Shown one piece after another: positions 1 to 9,179 of a DNA stretch of 64,000 bases; positions within the stretch are counted from its first letter, which is position 1, and every line of letters starts with the position of its first letter. Made by a program: the position numbers and the translations under genes. The notes beneath the pieces were generated by a model. The model had not been told where the DNA came from and made no database searches. It saw nothing but the letters and a program-made list of their open reading frames with translations. The stretch is from a virus: IMG/VR virus record IMGVR_UViG_3300046000_003154, positions 1 through 64,000 of that record. One strand, 5' to 3'.

Positions 1-161
1 GGAGCTACAGAGGACGTTATTCATACTCAAGGGTGCTGGCATGGGTTCCGTTACATTGATGCCTCTGGTGGTCCTCTAATTGCCTCTGGTGGGTATATTA
101 CTGAGGAAGTTGAGTACCGTGACTTTCGCGTGAAACACTTCATTTCTTAAAAGGTATTAAA

Positions 162-353
162 ATGACATTACTTATTGGTATTGTTTATTGGTTATATGCG
201 CTAACACAAGCTGTTTTGGTTTGTAGGTCTTTTCATCAAAAAGAAGTTATTTTTGTGTTTTTATTTGCGCTTTTTGCACCAATCATATCAATTCTTATTA
301 TGATTGATTTAACAGGTAAATTTCTTAATTATCTTCTAACGGTTGGGAAATAA
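162..353 (+). CDS. small hydrophobic membrane protein
   Basis: 63-aa ORF, two hydrophobic segments; stop overlaps next ATG (ATGA). Confidence 0.3.
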   Translation: MTLLIGIVYWLYALTQAVLVCRSFHQKEVIFVFLFALFAPIISILIMIDLTGKFLNYLLTVGK

Positions 354-667
354 TGTCTGACAAAAAACATATTGTCAAAGCAACGACAATGGACAAACAT
401 GGCAGGATTATTGCAACAAGCCTGAATTCCTATGAAAAAAGTCATCCAATAATGGCTAAATTGGGTAAAGAGGTCGGACTACCAGAAAAGATAAAACTTC
501 ACGCAGAAGTAGCTGCTATTATTAAATCCAAGCTGCGTAAAATACATTCTATTAAAATAGAAAGATATGATACAAAGGGTAATCCAAAATTAGCAAAACC
601 TTGTAAAATTTGTGAACGTATGATAGCAAATTATGGGATAAAGTTTGTTAGTTATACTATTGGTTGA
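353..667 (+). CDS. cytidine/dCMP deaminase-like zinc-binding protein
   Basis: HAE ... PCKIC motif pair (H-A-E and P-C-x-x-C, about 30 aa apart), typical of the CDA-fold zinc site. Confidence 0.45.
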   Translation: MSDKKHIVKATTMDKHGRIIATSLNSYEKSHPIMAKLGKEVGLPEKIKLHAEVAAIIKSKLRKIHSIKIERYDTKGNPKLAKPCKICERMIANYGIKFVSYTIG

Positions 668-1466
668 TAAATTCACATTTCCAACCTTTATAATGATTTC
701 TAACTCCAGACGCAACTTCATATAGTGGGTTTTTGTTTATTTTTATATTTGAACAAAAAACTGCTAAGTTGTGTACTATAAATTCCTCATTATAAGGTGA
801 TGTGACTTTATATGATCTTGATGATGTACGTTTATTAATTAAATAATTAAAGTCATAAAATTCATAAAATCTATCAACTTTTCTACATTGCCAACCTTTA
901 TGATGAAGATTAAGTTTATTTGACACTTGGTTCATATTAGATGGGGTTAGATTATTCTCTCTACAAAATTTTTGTAAATTGATAATGTTAAATTCTTCAC
1001 CATTAGGAGACATTACAACCCATTCTTTTGATATTTTTTCTGCTTGGTGTAATTTTAATTTCTCTGACCTAATAGATCCAGAAGTCCCTTCACCACCATC
1101 AGTTTTATTTCTTAATATTCCAGTATTATTATCTTTTCTGCCATACCAACGAATATAAAATCTTTCTAATGATAAAGCACCTATTTCTGACAAATTATTT
1201 TCCATGATAATAATTTTTGTTTTGTCTTTTGGTGGTTTTGTTGTGTGTTCTCTATCCCATGCTCTCTTTTTAGTTCCTTTACCAATATAATAAGGTGTTC
1301 CATCATCACGCAAATAAGCATAAATGTAGTAACGAAACTCTGGTGAATAAATATCCATGCTGATACTCCTTGAAAGTGTTAGAGTCCTTGGGTATTGGCG
1401 TACCGCGAAGGACATTTTTGTTGACTGTTTATTTATATAATTTATCAAAAAGACCCTACAAGTCAC
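657..1466 (-). CDS. GIY-YIG homing endonuclease with duplicated C-terminal DNA-binding modules
   Basis: N-terminal YIYAYL...[25 protein letters not shown] motif; two repeated ~40-aa modules ending KGW(K/Q)C. Confidence 0.8.
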   Translation of the reverse strand: MTCRVFLINYINKQSTKMSFAVRQYPRTLTLSRSISMDIYSPEFRYYIYAYLRDDGTPYYIGKGTKKRAWDREHTTKPPKDKTKIIIMENNLSEIGALSLERFYIRWYGRKDNNTGILRNKTDGGEGTSGSIRSEKLKLHQAEKISKEWVVMSPNGEEFNIINLQKFCRENNLTPSNMNQVSNKLNLHHKGWQCRKVDRFYEFYDFNYLINKRTSSRSYKVTSPYNEEFIVHNLAVFCSNIKINKNPLYEVASGVRNHYKGWKCEFINQ

Positions 1467-1477
1467 TCAAGTATTCG

Positions 1478-1507
1478 TTGACAGTCTTTTTTGAAGCATG
1501 TTATAAT
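1478..1507 (+). promoter_or_regulatory. sigma70-like early promoter (TTGACA-N18-TATAAT) with conserved upstream box ccctacaagtcactcaagtatt
   Basis: TTGACA 1478-1483, TATAAT 1502-1507; module repeated at 3503, 6537, 6894. Confidence 0.6.
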
Positions 1508-1536
1508 TCCTTATCGAAACGAAATCGGAGAATAAA

Positions 1537-2043
1537 ATGACAGTAATGACAGTGATGGAAAAAGTGGAACAAGTCCAAGAAACACTGGCTCGTAAGGGTT
1601 ATCCTATCATTAACATCGATGTGATTGTTAAGACTCTCAGGACAGGGGTGGCTGGTCAAGCATATAACTACAAAGACCAAATCGATATCTCCAAGGAATA
1701 TTTGGAGAAACATCCTGATGAAATTTTTGGTAATACTATTCCTCACGAAATTTGTCATCTGTATGTGCGTCACTATGCCAAGGGATACAAACAAGCCCAC
1801 GGTCCTGAATTTCGGCGTTTCATGGGTCTTTTGGGTCTTGCTGGTGCGACTTATCATTCTATGCCCAGAATTCCCACTGGTGTCGGTAAGACAAAAACTC
1901 GGTTCGTTTACATTACACCAACAGGGCGTAACATAGAATTAACTATTGGTCAACATTTTAAAGCCCAACGTGGTGTTATAATCACAACAAAAGATACAAA
2001 TGAAATTGTGATATTCACTGGAAAACAGGTACAATTCAAGTAA
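1537..2043 (+). CDS. SprT-like zinc metallopeptidase
   Basis: HEICHLYVRH (HExxH) in the SprT-like context TIPHEICHL. Confidence 0.5.
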   Translation: MTVMTVMEKVEQVQETLARKGYPIINIDVIVKTLRTGVAGQAYNYKDQIDISKEYLEKHPDEIFGNTIPHEICHLYVRHYAKGYKQAHGPEFRRFMGLLGLAGATYHSMPRIPTGVGKTKTRFVYITPTGRNIELTIGQHFKAQRGVIITTKDTNEIVIFTGKQVQFK

Positions 2044-2058
2044 CAAAAGGGATTTGAA

Positions 2059-2463
2059 ATGACAACAGAAACAAACTTACCAATGCATCAAGAACTGTAT
2101 GCAATTATCAAAGACCAAGAACTTGAAATTGCACAGTACGAAGTAAATCAGCGGGATCTAGATGCAAAGATTGAATCACTACTAGACGAAGTGGAAATGT
2201 GGAAAGCCACTGCAAATGCGACTGTTGACTTTGAAATGTCAGCACTAAAACAGGAGATTGAAGTACTTACATCAAGGTTGGCAGCGGTGAAAGTCATGTA
2301 CAATGAACAAGCTGATGATCTTGAATCATTAAGCCTTGATGCTGCTCGGTATCGGTGGTTATGTGACAGAGGTTCCAACAGTCTCTGGATAGAATGTGGA
2401 CGCATGGATGCGTGTGACGATGTTGATGCCGCTATTGATGCGGCTATTGAAAGATTAAAATGA
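2059..2463 (+). CDS. hypothetical coiled-coil protein
   Basis: 134-aa ORF, heptad-like acidic sequence. Confidence 0.4.
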   Translation: MTTETNLPMHQELYAIIKDQELEIAQYEVNQRDLDAKIESLLDEVEMWKATANATVDFEMSALKQEIEVLTSRLAAVKVMYNEQADDLESLSLDAARYRWLCDRGSNSLWIECGRMDACDDVDAAIDAAIERLK

Positions 2464-2609
2464 TTGTTATATGTAATGAATGTGGTGAGGAACATAACGT
2501 TGAAGATGTTGAATTTGTTAACGTCGAAGAAAGTATAGAAGGTTTGGACGTTTATTATTTTATCTGTCCTGTCACTGGTCAAGAAACTAATTCTTATGTG
2601 AGGGGATAA
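2460..2609 (+). CDS. small Cys-containing (zinc-ribbon-like) protein
   Basis: 49-aa ORF MIVICNECGEEH...ICPVTG, not in the ORF track (<60 aa); ATG overlaps preceding stop. Confidence 0.3.
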   Translation: MIVICNECGEEHNVEDVEFVNVEESIEGLDVYYFICPVTGQETNSYVRG

Positions 2610-2611
2610 TT

Positions 2612-2809
2612 ATGATTACAATTAAACCTCGTGGAACTCTCAGCATTCTCAGTAATACTTCTAGTGGAATACATTCACATGCTCCATTATTTCCACGACA
2701 GTATGACAAAGCAATCGAAGAATATTATAAATCAATTGAAGAATGTATTAAAAATAGAGAGAAACGTCTAGAAATAACACTTGACAACAATACAAAGACA
2801 TTGTTATAA
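2612..2809 (+). CDS. hypothetical protein
   Basis: 65-aa ORF. Confidence 0.3.
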   Translation: MITIKPRGTLSILSNTSSGIHSHAPLFPRQYDKAIEEYYKSIEECIKNREKRLEITLDNNTKTLL

Positions 2810-3008
2810 TTCGGTGTCTGGAATGATAAGGAATAATATATGAACACTAATAACCCTCTAATAGTCTCTACGAATCCTCTAGAAGACGTTAATGATGATA
2901 CTGGTTACACATTGGATGATCTTGCTAGGGACATTGCTAGTGTCTCTGGTGACGATTATGAATATGATGTGTATAATGAAAATGAAGAATATTTCAAGGA
3001 AGAATAGA

Positions 3009-3323
3009 ATGAAAATAGATCGTAAATTACTACTCGAAACTATTCTTGAAACATCTTTTAACAGATTGTCTAATAAAGAATTAAAAGATTATTATATTGA
3101 TAGTGAAAGACAATATTTTAATGGTCTTGAAGATGATGAATTGTGTGAATATGCTGTTAAAAATGATATCACACTACCTCAATCTATAACAGTATCCAAA
3201 AAAGAATTAATGGAATTATTGTATAAAGTAAACGAAGTCACTAACTATATTACTGCTGATGGTTATGGTCCACAAGGTAAAATAATTAATGCGATTGAAA
3301 AATATATTGATGGATGCGAATAA
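3009..3323 (+). CDS. hypothetical protein
   Basis: ORF 2892..3323 trimmed to the internal ATG (MKIDRK...) with better spacing after the upstream ORF. Confidence 0.3.
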   Translation: MKIDRKLLLETILETSFNRLSNKELKDYYIDSERQYFNGLEDDELCEYAVKNDITLPQSITVSKKELMELLYKVNEVTNYITADGYGPQGKIINAIEKYIDGCE

Positions 3324-3478
3324 TGACACAATTTATTATCGGACTTCTAATGCTTTTCAGTGTATCAGGATCATTTGATGATGCCACTGATGATCAATTG
3401 CCTATGCTCTGGGGCTTTGCGTCTATTGGTATCGTTCTAATGGGTACTTCATCAGTCATTGATCGTAAAAACAAATAA
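3323..3478 (+). CDS. small membrane protein
   Basis: 51-aa ORF MTQFIIGLLMLF..., TAATG overlap with upstream stop. Confidence 0.3.
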   Translation: MTQFIIGLLMLFSVSGSFDDATDDQLPMLWGFASIGIVLMGTSSVIDRKNK

Positions 3479-3502
3479 CCCTACAAGTTACTCAAGTATT
3501 GG

Positions 3503-3532
3503 TTGACAGTCTTTTTGAGACTATGATACAAT
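3503..3532 (+). promoter_or_regulatory. sigma70-like early promoter with extended -10 (TGaTACAAT) and conserved upstream box
   Basis: TTGACA 3503-3508, TACAAT 3527-3532, upstream ccctacaagttactcaagtatt. Confidence 0.55.
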
Positions 3533-3564
3533 CAGTCATCGCAATAAAACTCTGAAAGAAAATC

Positions 3565-3957
3565 ATGGGAACACGCTCACTAACTTATGTGTATAACGAA
3601 AACAATGCTAAATTGCTTTGTATGTATCGGCAATTTGACGGTTATATAAATGGTCATGGAAAAGAGCTAGGTGAGTTCTTGAAAGACCGTGTAGTAGTCA
3701 ATGGTTACAACGAATCATCAAAGAAAATCTCAAATGGTATGGGTTGTCTCGCTGCATCACTTGTATCAAACTTCAAAGATGAAACTGGTGGGATTTACCT
3801 CTTTCCAACAAACACAAAAGATTCTGGACAAGAATTTGAATATCATGTGTACGTTGATAAAGTAGTGGTAAAAACTGTAGGTTCCAAGAAAAAAACAATC
3901 TTCACTGGTTCATGGTACAACTTTAACAAATTCGCCAATGTACCAAATCCCTGCTAA
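3565..3957 (+). CDS. hypothetical protein
   Basis: 130-aa ORF downstream of promoter. Confidence 0.45.
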   Translation: MGTRSLTYVYNENNAKLLCMYRQFDGYINGHGKELGEFLKDRVVVNGYNESSKKISNGMGCLAASLVSNFKDETGGIYLFPTNTKDSGQEFEYHVYVDKVVVKTVGSKKKTIFTGSWYNFNKFANVPNPC

Positions 3958-4142
3958 GAGGCTCACAATGTTCAATCTATCATCACCAATAGCAATCCTA
4001 CCAACAGACTCCAAAAACCTCTCTGTGATCGATCTAGGTCCACGCAAAGGGTATCCTGATGCTGTCACAAAGGAATGCTCAGAACTAGGCACGAAGGTCT
4101 ACACAAAAACTGGATATATTTTCAGAGTCAAAGACCTTACAG

Positions 4143-4172
4143 TTGACAGGGTTTTTGGTATTGATCTATAAT
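4143..4172 (+). promoter_or_regulatory. sigma70-like early promoter
   Basis: TTGACA 4143-4148, TATAAT 4167-4172, followed by conserved leader tcgttatcgcaacaaa. Confidence 0.55.
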
Positions 4173-4202
4173 TCGTTATCGCAACAAAAACTGGAAATCA
4201 AA

Positions 4203-4418
4203 ATGAAGTACCGTCTGATTGTCAATGGAGTTTGTTTTTACTCCACTACCACACAAATAAACAAAGGTGTGGGTGATTTTACGAATGTCAATATTGCAGT
4301 ACAACAATCTCTAACAGCACTCAGGAATATGCAAAAAGGTTCTGGTGCTGCTGATAAAGCCACTGTCGGTTTGAGTGGTACATGGAGTGGTTTCAACGTT
4401 CAAATTAATGAGGCTTAA
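4203..4418 (+). CDS. hypothetical small protein
   Basis: ORF trimmed to ATG 4203 (MKYRLIVNG), downstream of promoter. Confidence 0.35.
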   Translation: MKYRLIVNGVCFYSTTTQINKGVGDFTNVNIAVQQSLTALRNMQKGSGAADKATVGLSGTWSGFNVQINEA

Positions 4419-4420
4419 TC

Positions 4421-4837
4421 ATGGCATACGTTTCTCAAGCTAACAAATTGTCCAAGGCTCCAGCAATCAAGGCTATATTAAAAAAATATGGCATCAAAGG
4501 TTCTCTGGCGATATCCAATCACATGACTCTGGTGCTCAACGTCAAGTCTGGAAGCATTGATTTCATGGAAGACCACTACAACGTTTGTTCTGAAATTCTT
4601 CGTTACTCTAATCCCTATCATGACACCGCACAACGCACATCACATATCAGCGTGAATCCGTACCATTTCGAACGTCAACATAGTGGAACTGCTAGGGACT
4701 TTTTGAGGGAAGTGATTGATGTAATGAACATTGGCAATCATGATGACTCTGATGTTCAAACAGACTATTTCGATGTTGGTTGGTACATTGATGTGAACAT
4801 TGGGAAGTGGAATAAACCTTACATTCTAGTCAAGTAA
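4421..4837 (+). CDS. hypothetical protein
   Basis: 138-aa ORF. Confidence 0.45.
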   Translation: MAYVSQANKLSKAPAIKAILKKYGIKGSLAISNHMTLVLNVKSGSIDFMEDHYNVCSEILRYSNPYHDTAQRTSHISVNPYHFERQHSGTARDFLREVIDVMNIGNHDDSDVQTDYFDVGWYIDVNIGKWNKPYILVK

Positions 4838-4850
4838 TCATTGACAGTCT

Positions 4851-4880
4851 TTTTAGAACTCGTTTATAATTCGTTATCGC
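4851..4880 (+). promoter_or_regulatory. sigma70-like early promoter
   Basis: TTGACA 4851-4856, TATAAT 4875-4880, same leader tcgttatcgcaacaaa as 4173. Confidence 0.55.
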
Positions 4881-4901
4881 AACAAATTCTGAAAGTAAAA
4901 A

Positions 4902-5141
4902 ATGTCTAAAGTCTCCAAGAAAACAGCAATCGAAATCACCAAGATTCTGAATTCTATCGTTGTGTGGAATAAAATTGCATCTGACTCTGAGAAAGAATCT
5001 GGCTCACGCACTGATGCAATGAATTGGCACGATCAGGAAATGGATAAGCTTTCCAAGATTCTCGGAATGGAAGCTGGTGTGAAATTCAACTTTACACCTT
5101 ATATCCCTATGGTTGACAGGGTTAATGCTTCTGCTGTATAA
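4902..5141 (+). CDS. hypothetical protein
   Basis: 79-aa ORF. Confidence 0.4.
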   Translation: MSKVSKKTAIEITKILNSIVVWNKIASDSEKESGSRTDAMNWHDQEMDKLSKILGMEAGVKFNFTPYIPMVDRVNASAV

Positions 5142-5243
5142 TTCAAGTACACCAAGCAAAAGGAGAAAAGAAAACGAAAACTTCCTCTAACTGACCTAGA
5201 GTATATCGGTCAGTGAGTATGGTAAGCAAGTAACAAAAAGAAC

Positions 5244-5273
5244 TTGCAAACCTCTCAAAAAGTGTGTTAGAAT
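5244..5273 (+). promoter_or_regulatory. sigma70-like promoter (TTGCAA-N18-TGtTAGAAT)
   Basis: TTGCAA 5244-5249, TAGAAT 5268-5273 with TG at 5265-5266. Confidence 0.4.
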
Positions 5274-5312
5274 TCATGTGTCGGTTAATTAAACTCTAAA
5301 AGGAAATTTAAA

Positions 5313-5633
5313 ATGTCTAAGGCAAATGTGGTTGGTGGTTCTGTTGTTGTTTTGAACAAGCGCGAAGTCGCTAAGACTCTTGTGAACATTCAACGTGGAC
5401 GCATCTTCACGGCATATTTTGTGTCTAAGGTTGATGGTACTTCTCGCCGTGTGAATGGACGTATGGGTGTCACAAAGTACCTCAAAGGTGAAAACAACGT
5501 GAACAATGCTGCTGGTCATCCTGATCTACTTACTACCTTTGCGATGGGTGACAAACTCGCTTATCGTAACATCGTTTTGGATTCCATCACCGAAATTCGT
5601 GCTGGTGGTAATCGTTACAAGTTCGAAGGATAA
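5313..5633 (+). CDS. hypothetical protein
   Basis: 106-aa ORF. Confidence 0.45.
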   Translation: MSKANVVGGSVVVLNKREVAKTLVNIQRGRIFTAYFVSKVDGTSRRVNGRMGVTKYLKGENNVNNAAGHPDLLTTFAMGDKLAYRNIVLDSITEIRAGGNRYKFEG

Positions 5634-5711
5634 TCTGTCTATTATCTTGGACAAATGATCGATATACTGAGCATTTGTCCAGAATAAGAAACACTTTAAA
5701 AGAAAATCAAA

Positions 5712-5897
5712 ATGGTTCCAAAAGAATTTATAAACGAAAATATTCAGTTTCAATGTGTACAGATATTAACTCTGGCACACAATCTTGAAATTGAAAATAT
5801 TGATAATTGGGTTGTTGCCAGTTATTGTATCGACGCACCTTGGTATCTTCCATCTGGGTGTGTTTCTAGTGGCTATGTACACAATACACGAGATTAA
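5712..5897 (+). CDS. small protein, paralog of 8712..8936
   Basis: shared motif NW(V/L)..SYC(I/L)DAP with ORF 8712..8936. Confidence 0.35.
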   Translation: MVPKEFINENIQFQCVQILTLAHNLEIENIDNWVVASYCIDAPWYLPSGCVSSGYVHNTRD

Positions 5898-6099
5898 TAT
5901 GCAAACTACTAAAAATACTCCAGAGAAAATGAACAAGAAAAAAGAAAAGCGTTACGAATACGAGGATTTGATTCGACTCAAGAAGTTTAATAAACCTAAA
6001 CATACAGACAAGAAACGTCAACAATAAATTTTACTGAGTTGATCAAAAAACAACAGTCATAAAAAACTCTTGCAAATCCTTTGAGGATCGTCTACATTA

Positions 6100-6516
6100 A
6101 TGGCTGGACAACAAATTAATCAGGAAACCGAAATGAACAAGTCTTTCGTACCAGTTGAATTCACAGCAATGTCAGACATTTGTGTAGTTGGATACAATTC
6201 TGAGAATGCTGATTGTGTTAACCCTAAAGGCGCAATTTACGGGTATCAGGTCTATATTCAGGCAGATAGTGAGTACGGTGACACTCGCATCATGTACGTT
6301 GGCGAACCCACTATGGACGGTGACAATGCCACGTTAAAGGCACAAAAACAGGCTGATGCTATGATGGCACGTTGGAACAATTTTAAGAAGCTCCCAATCA
6401 ATTTTGGTGCTTGGGTTGAGGGTAGAGCGGTGTATGGTTCAGATGCTTATCAGGCATATGGTCAAGATGATGAATTGGCACTTGAAATGCGCGAAGAAGA
6501 AGAAAGCTGGTATTAA
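6100..6516 (+). CDS. hypothetical acidic protein
   Basis: 138-aa ORF. Confidence 0.45.
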   Translation: MAGQQINQETEMNKSFVPVEFTAMSDICVVGYNSENADCVNPKGAIYGYQVYIQADSEYGDTRIMYVGEPTMDGDNATLKAQKQADAMMARWNNFKKLPINFGAWVEGRAVYGSDAYQAYGQDDELALEMREEEESWY

Positions 6517-6536
6517 CCCTACGAATCACTTGGGTA

Positions 6537-6566
6537 TTGACAACAAAGCCAATACCCGCTTATAAT
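6537..6566 (+). promoter_or_regulatory. sigma70-like early promoter with conserved upstream box ccctacgaatcacttgggtat
   Basis: TTGACA 6537-6542, TATAAT 6561-6566. Confidence 0.55.
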
Positions 6567-6600
6567 CCTAGTGTCGCAGCAAAACTCTGGAAGAAACAAA

Positions 6601-6870
6601 ATGTACGTTATTTACAATATCGAATCTACAAAGATTATTCGTAAAGCCCAATATGATGTTGGATATGCTTCAATTGGTGCTGCAAAAGCTGCCATGACTC
6701 GCAACAAAATTGACAAGAATACTCACACAATCTCTGAATACACTCACTTTTTCACCAACATCGAAAAGACCGAAACCCGCAAGAATTTCATGTCTGGAAA
6801 AGAATTTGAAACAAGCGTGAATTCTAACTATACAACGTGTCCAAGTTCTGAAACGTACTGGTCAACGTAA
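6601..6870 (+). CDS. hypothetical protein
   Basis: ORF trimmed to ATG 6601 (MYVIYN). Confidence 0.4.
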   Translation: MYVIYNIESTKIIRKAQYDVGYASIGAAKAAMTRNKIDKNTHTISEYTHFFTNIEKTETRKNFMSGKEFETSVNSNYTTCPSSETYWST

Positions 6871-6893
6871 TAACCCTACGAATCACTTGGGTA

Positions 6894-6923
6894 TTGACAG
6901 TAAGATCAAAAGTGTGTCATAAT
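6894..6923 (+). promoter_or_regulatory. sigma70-like early promoter, extended -10 TGtCATAAT
   Basis: TTGACA 6894-6899, CATAAT 6918-6923; upstream box identical to the 6515 copy. Confidence 0.55.
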
Positions 6924-6956
6924 TCAGTCACCGAAACAAATCACTGAAAGCTCCAA

Positions 6957-8132
6957 ATGTCCTCTTATCTGATCCCTGCTCAAAACGTCGAATCCCTCAA
7001 AGCACAATTCGCAACATTGGTCAAGAAGGCAATCAAGGTTTCTGCTGAGTTGCCTACACTGATCATTGGTGTTGTTCAGATGGTAGAAAAGAAGGATGAT
7101 AACGGCAATAAATTCTTTGCTGAATACTTTCCCGTTGAAGTCACTGGAACTGCTCCAAAACTCTCTGGATGGACGTTTAACGGTACATTAGAGACATTAG
7201 AAGGTACTGACAAGACAATCGTTCGTTCTATCCCTGATGCTCCTATTCCTGATCGTTTTCGTTACGTCAATGCATCCAATTGTGACCATTGTGGTGTCAA
7301 TCGTTTCCGTCTTGCTACCTTTGTGGTGTCCAATGGTACTGAATATAAACAAGTTGGACGTTCATGCTTGAAGGATTTCTTGGGTCATGCTAATCCTGAT
7401 CAAATAGCATCCTATGCACAATATCTGTCATCAATGGATTTTGGTGGATTTGAGAATGAATCTGGCGGTTATGTTGATCCATTGTTTGAAACAGTGAATA
7501 TTCTGAGTGCTGCCGTGAATCTGATTAAAGCTGTTGGATATCGCAAGTCTGAATATGAAAACTCTACTAAGGGTGACATTATTTCCCATTTGTTGGCTAA
7601 GAAACAATCGGAACGTCTTGATATTACTGCTGATGATATTGCCACTGCTGAATTGATTAATGCATGGTTGATCACAAAGTCTGGATCTGAATTCTGGGAT
7701 AACCTCTCTGCATATGCTGGCGAAGAGTATGTCAAGCACAAAGCCATTGGATATCTTGCTGCTGGTGCGATGATGTACCTAAAAGAAGTGGAAGCAATCA
7801 AAGTATTCCAATCAAAGAAGGACGGTATCTCTAATGACCCAATCGCTCCAATTGATACCAAGGTCAAGGTAGAAGGAATTGTGGTGTCTGCTCATCGTTT
7901 TGAACGTGCTGCATACCATTATGGCGACTCTGGTATCTCTCAGGTTCTGGTGATCAAGACCAACGACAATAAACTGATCAAAATGTTCTCTGCCAATCTG
8001 AATATCACTCAAGACTCTACTGTTACAATTTCTGGAAAGATTGGTAACATTCAAACAGAAACATTTGAGAAAAGCCCATTCAAGGGTTGTAATATCACCA
8101 CAATGGCTCCACGTTCACGCATCACTATTTAA
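6957..8132 (+). CDS. hypothetical protein (391 aa)
   Basis: long early ORF, no recognisable motif. Confidence 0.5.
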   Translation: MSSYLIPAQNVESLKAQFATLVKKAIKVSAELPTLIIGVVQMVEKKDDNGNKFFAEYFPVEVTGTAPKLSGWTFNGTLETLEGTDKTIVRSIPDAPIPDRFRYVNASNCDHCGVNRFRLATFVVSNGTEYKQVGRSCLKDFLGHANPDQIASYAQYLSSMDFGGFENESGGYVDPLFETVNILSAAVNLIKAVGYRKSEYENSTKGDIISHLLAKKQSERLDITADDIATAELINAWLITKSGSEFWDNLSAYAGEEYVKHKAIGYLAAGAMMYLKEVEAIKVFQSKKDGISNDPIAPIDTKVKVEGIVVSAHRFERAAYHYGDSGISQVLVIKTNDNKLIKMFSANLNITQDSTVTISGKIGNIQTETFEKSPFKGCNITTMAPRSRITI

Positions 8133-8243
8133 TCATGGAAAACAATATGAAACGTTCTGATATATTTCTGATAATCGCTAATATTCTCTTTTGGTTTGGT
8201 ATTCTCCCCTTCATGGCATATATTAAATAAAGGTATATTAAAA

Positions 8244-8462
8244 ATGAAACACTTTAAAAACTTGTCGGATGACCAATTGATGGAAGAGTACAGGACCATC
8301 AGGAAAGAAATGATAACAATTCGCAATATCAATCCAATGACATTAAATTTCGCCTGTATGTATTTGAACGTCACCACTGAACTGATTGACCGTGGCATTA
8401 CCATACAGGAAAGCAAAGATGGTATATGGCGATTTTTGAGTGATAAACAGGCATCAACATAG
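8244..8462 (+). CDS. hypothetical protein
   Basis: ORF trimmed to ATG 8244 preceded by ggtatattaaaaATG context (repeated at 8461). Confidence 0.3.
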   Translation: MKHFKNLSDDQLMEEYRTIRKEMITIRNINPMTLNFACMYLNVTTELIDRGITIQESKDGIWRFLSDKQAST

Positions 8463-8472
8463 TATATTAAAA

Positions 8473-8715
8473 ATGATTAATATTAAAAAAGTAATAACAG
8501 TTCGTGTGATATACAAATCAGGATATGCACACAATTTTGATGTATATTCAATTAAATTTGAGGATAACGGTAGAGTGATACGATGGACTCCCACAAATGA
8601 TTCTGGTCCATTAATGCTTGGAATTGATAACATTGAAGCTGTTTATTACATCAAACACAAATACAATATCGTCCTTGCTGATTGGGTGAATAAACTACTG
8701 AGAATCTCACAATGA
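8473..8715 (+). CDS. hypothetical protein
   Basis: ATG 8473 in the same gtatattaaaaATG context. Confidence 0.35.
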   Translation: MINIKKVITVRVIYKSGYAHNFDVYSIKFEDNGRVIRWTPTNDSGPLMLGIDNIEAVYYIKHKYNIVLADWVNKLLRISQ

Positions 8716-8936
8716 AACAAAATAAAATAGAAACCCTCAGATATATCATTGGGGATCACGTAGCATTTACTGTTCACAATGCTATTATCATGTCCCGTTG
8801 CGGAATCATGGAACGCTCTAAGGATGAAGTACAAAACTGGCTTGATGTATCCTATTGTCTTGATGCTCCAATCCTAACACCAACAGGATCTAACTCTAAA
8901 GCACATGGTAGATTCATGATCAATTATCACCGTTAG
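8712..8936 (+). CDS. small protein, paralog of 5712..5897
   Basis: QNWLDVSYCLDAP motif. Confidence 0.35.
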   Translation: MKQNKIETLRYIIGDHVAFTVHNAIIMSRCGIMERSKDEVQNWLDVSYCLDAPILTPTGSNSKAHGRFMINYHR

Positions 8937-8944
8937 AGAATCAT

Positions 8945-9118
8945 ATGGAAAAAATTAATATCACTCTGAAAATGCAATGTGAGGACTGTGGACATATTCA
9001 AACTGTCAAGGGTTTTCTGACAAGTGATGGAGGATATTATTTTGGTAGTGCATATTCTTATTGTGATGAATGTGATGGATTACCAAACCCCATAGAAGAA
9101 CCAAAACAAATAGAATAA
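8945..9118 (+). CDS. small zinc-ribbon protein
   Basis: 57-aa ORF with CEDCG...CDECDG (two CxxC pairs); not in ORF track. Confidence 0.35.
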   Translation: MEKINITLKMQCEDCGHIQTVKGFLTSDGGYYFGSAYSYCDECDGLPNPIEEPKQIE

Positions 9119-9141
9119 AACAATCCAATAAACACCACAAA

Positions 9142-9170
9142 AGCCTGACTTCAAACATCAGGCTTTTTGT
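9142..9170 (+). terminator. rho-independent terminator
   Basis: agcctga-cttcaaaca-tcaggct followed by TTTTTG. Confidence 0.55.
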
Positions 9171-9179
9171 ACTCGCTTT

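Noticed and set aside
1501-1936. ORFs 1501-1857 (minus) and 1625-1936 (+) overlapping the SprT-like gene
   Set aside because: Alternative frames of a gene with a clear HExxH motif and its own promoter; no support.
6069-6099. TTGCAA-N18-TACATT promoter-like site directly abutting ATG 6100
   Set aside because: The -10 element ends 1 nt before the start codon, leaving no leader; probably coincidental in AT-rich DNA.
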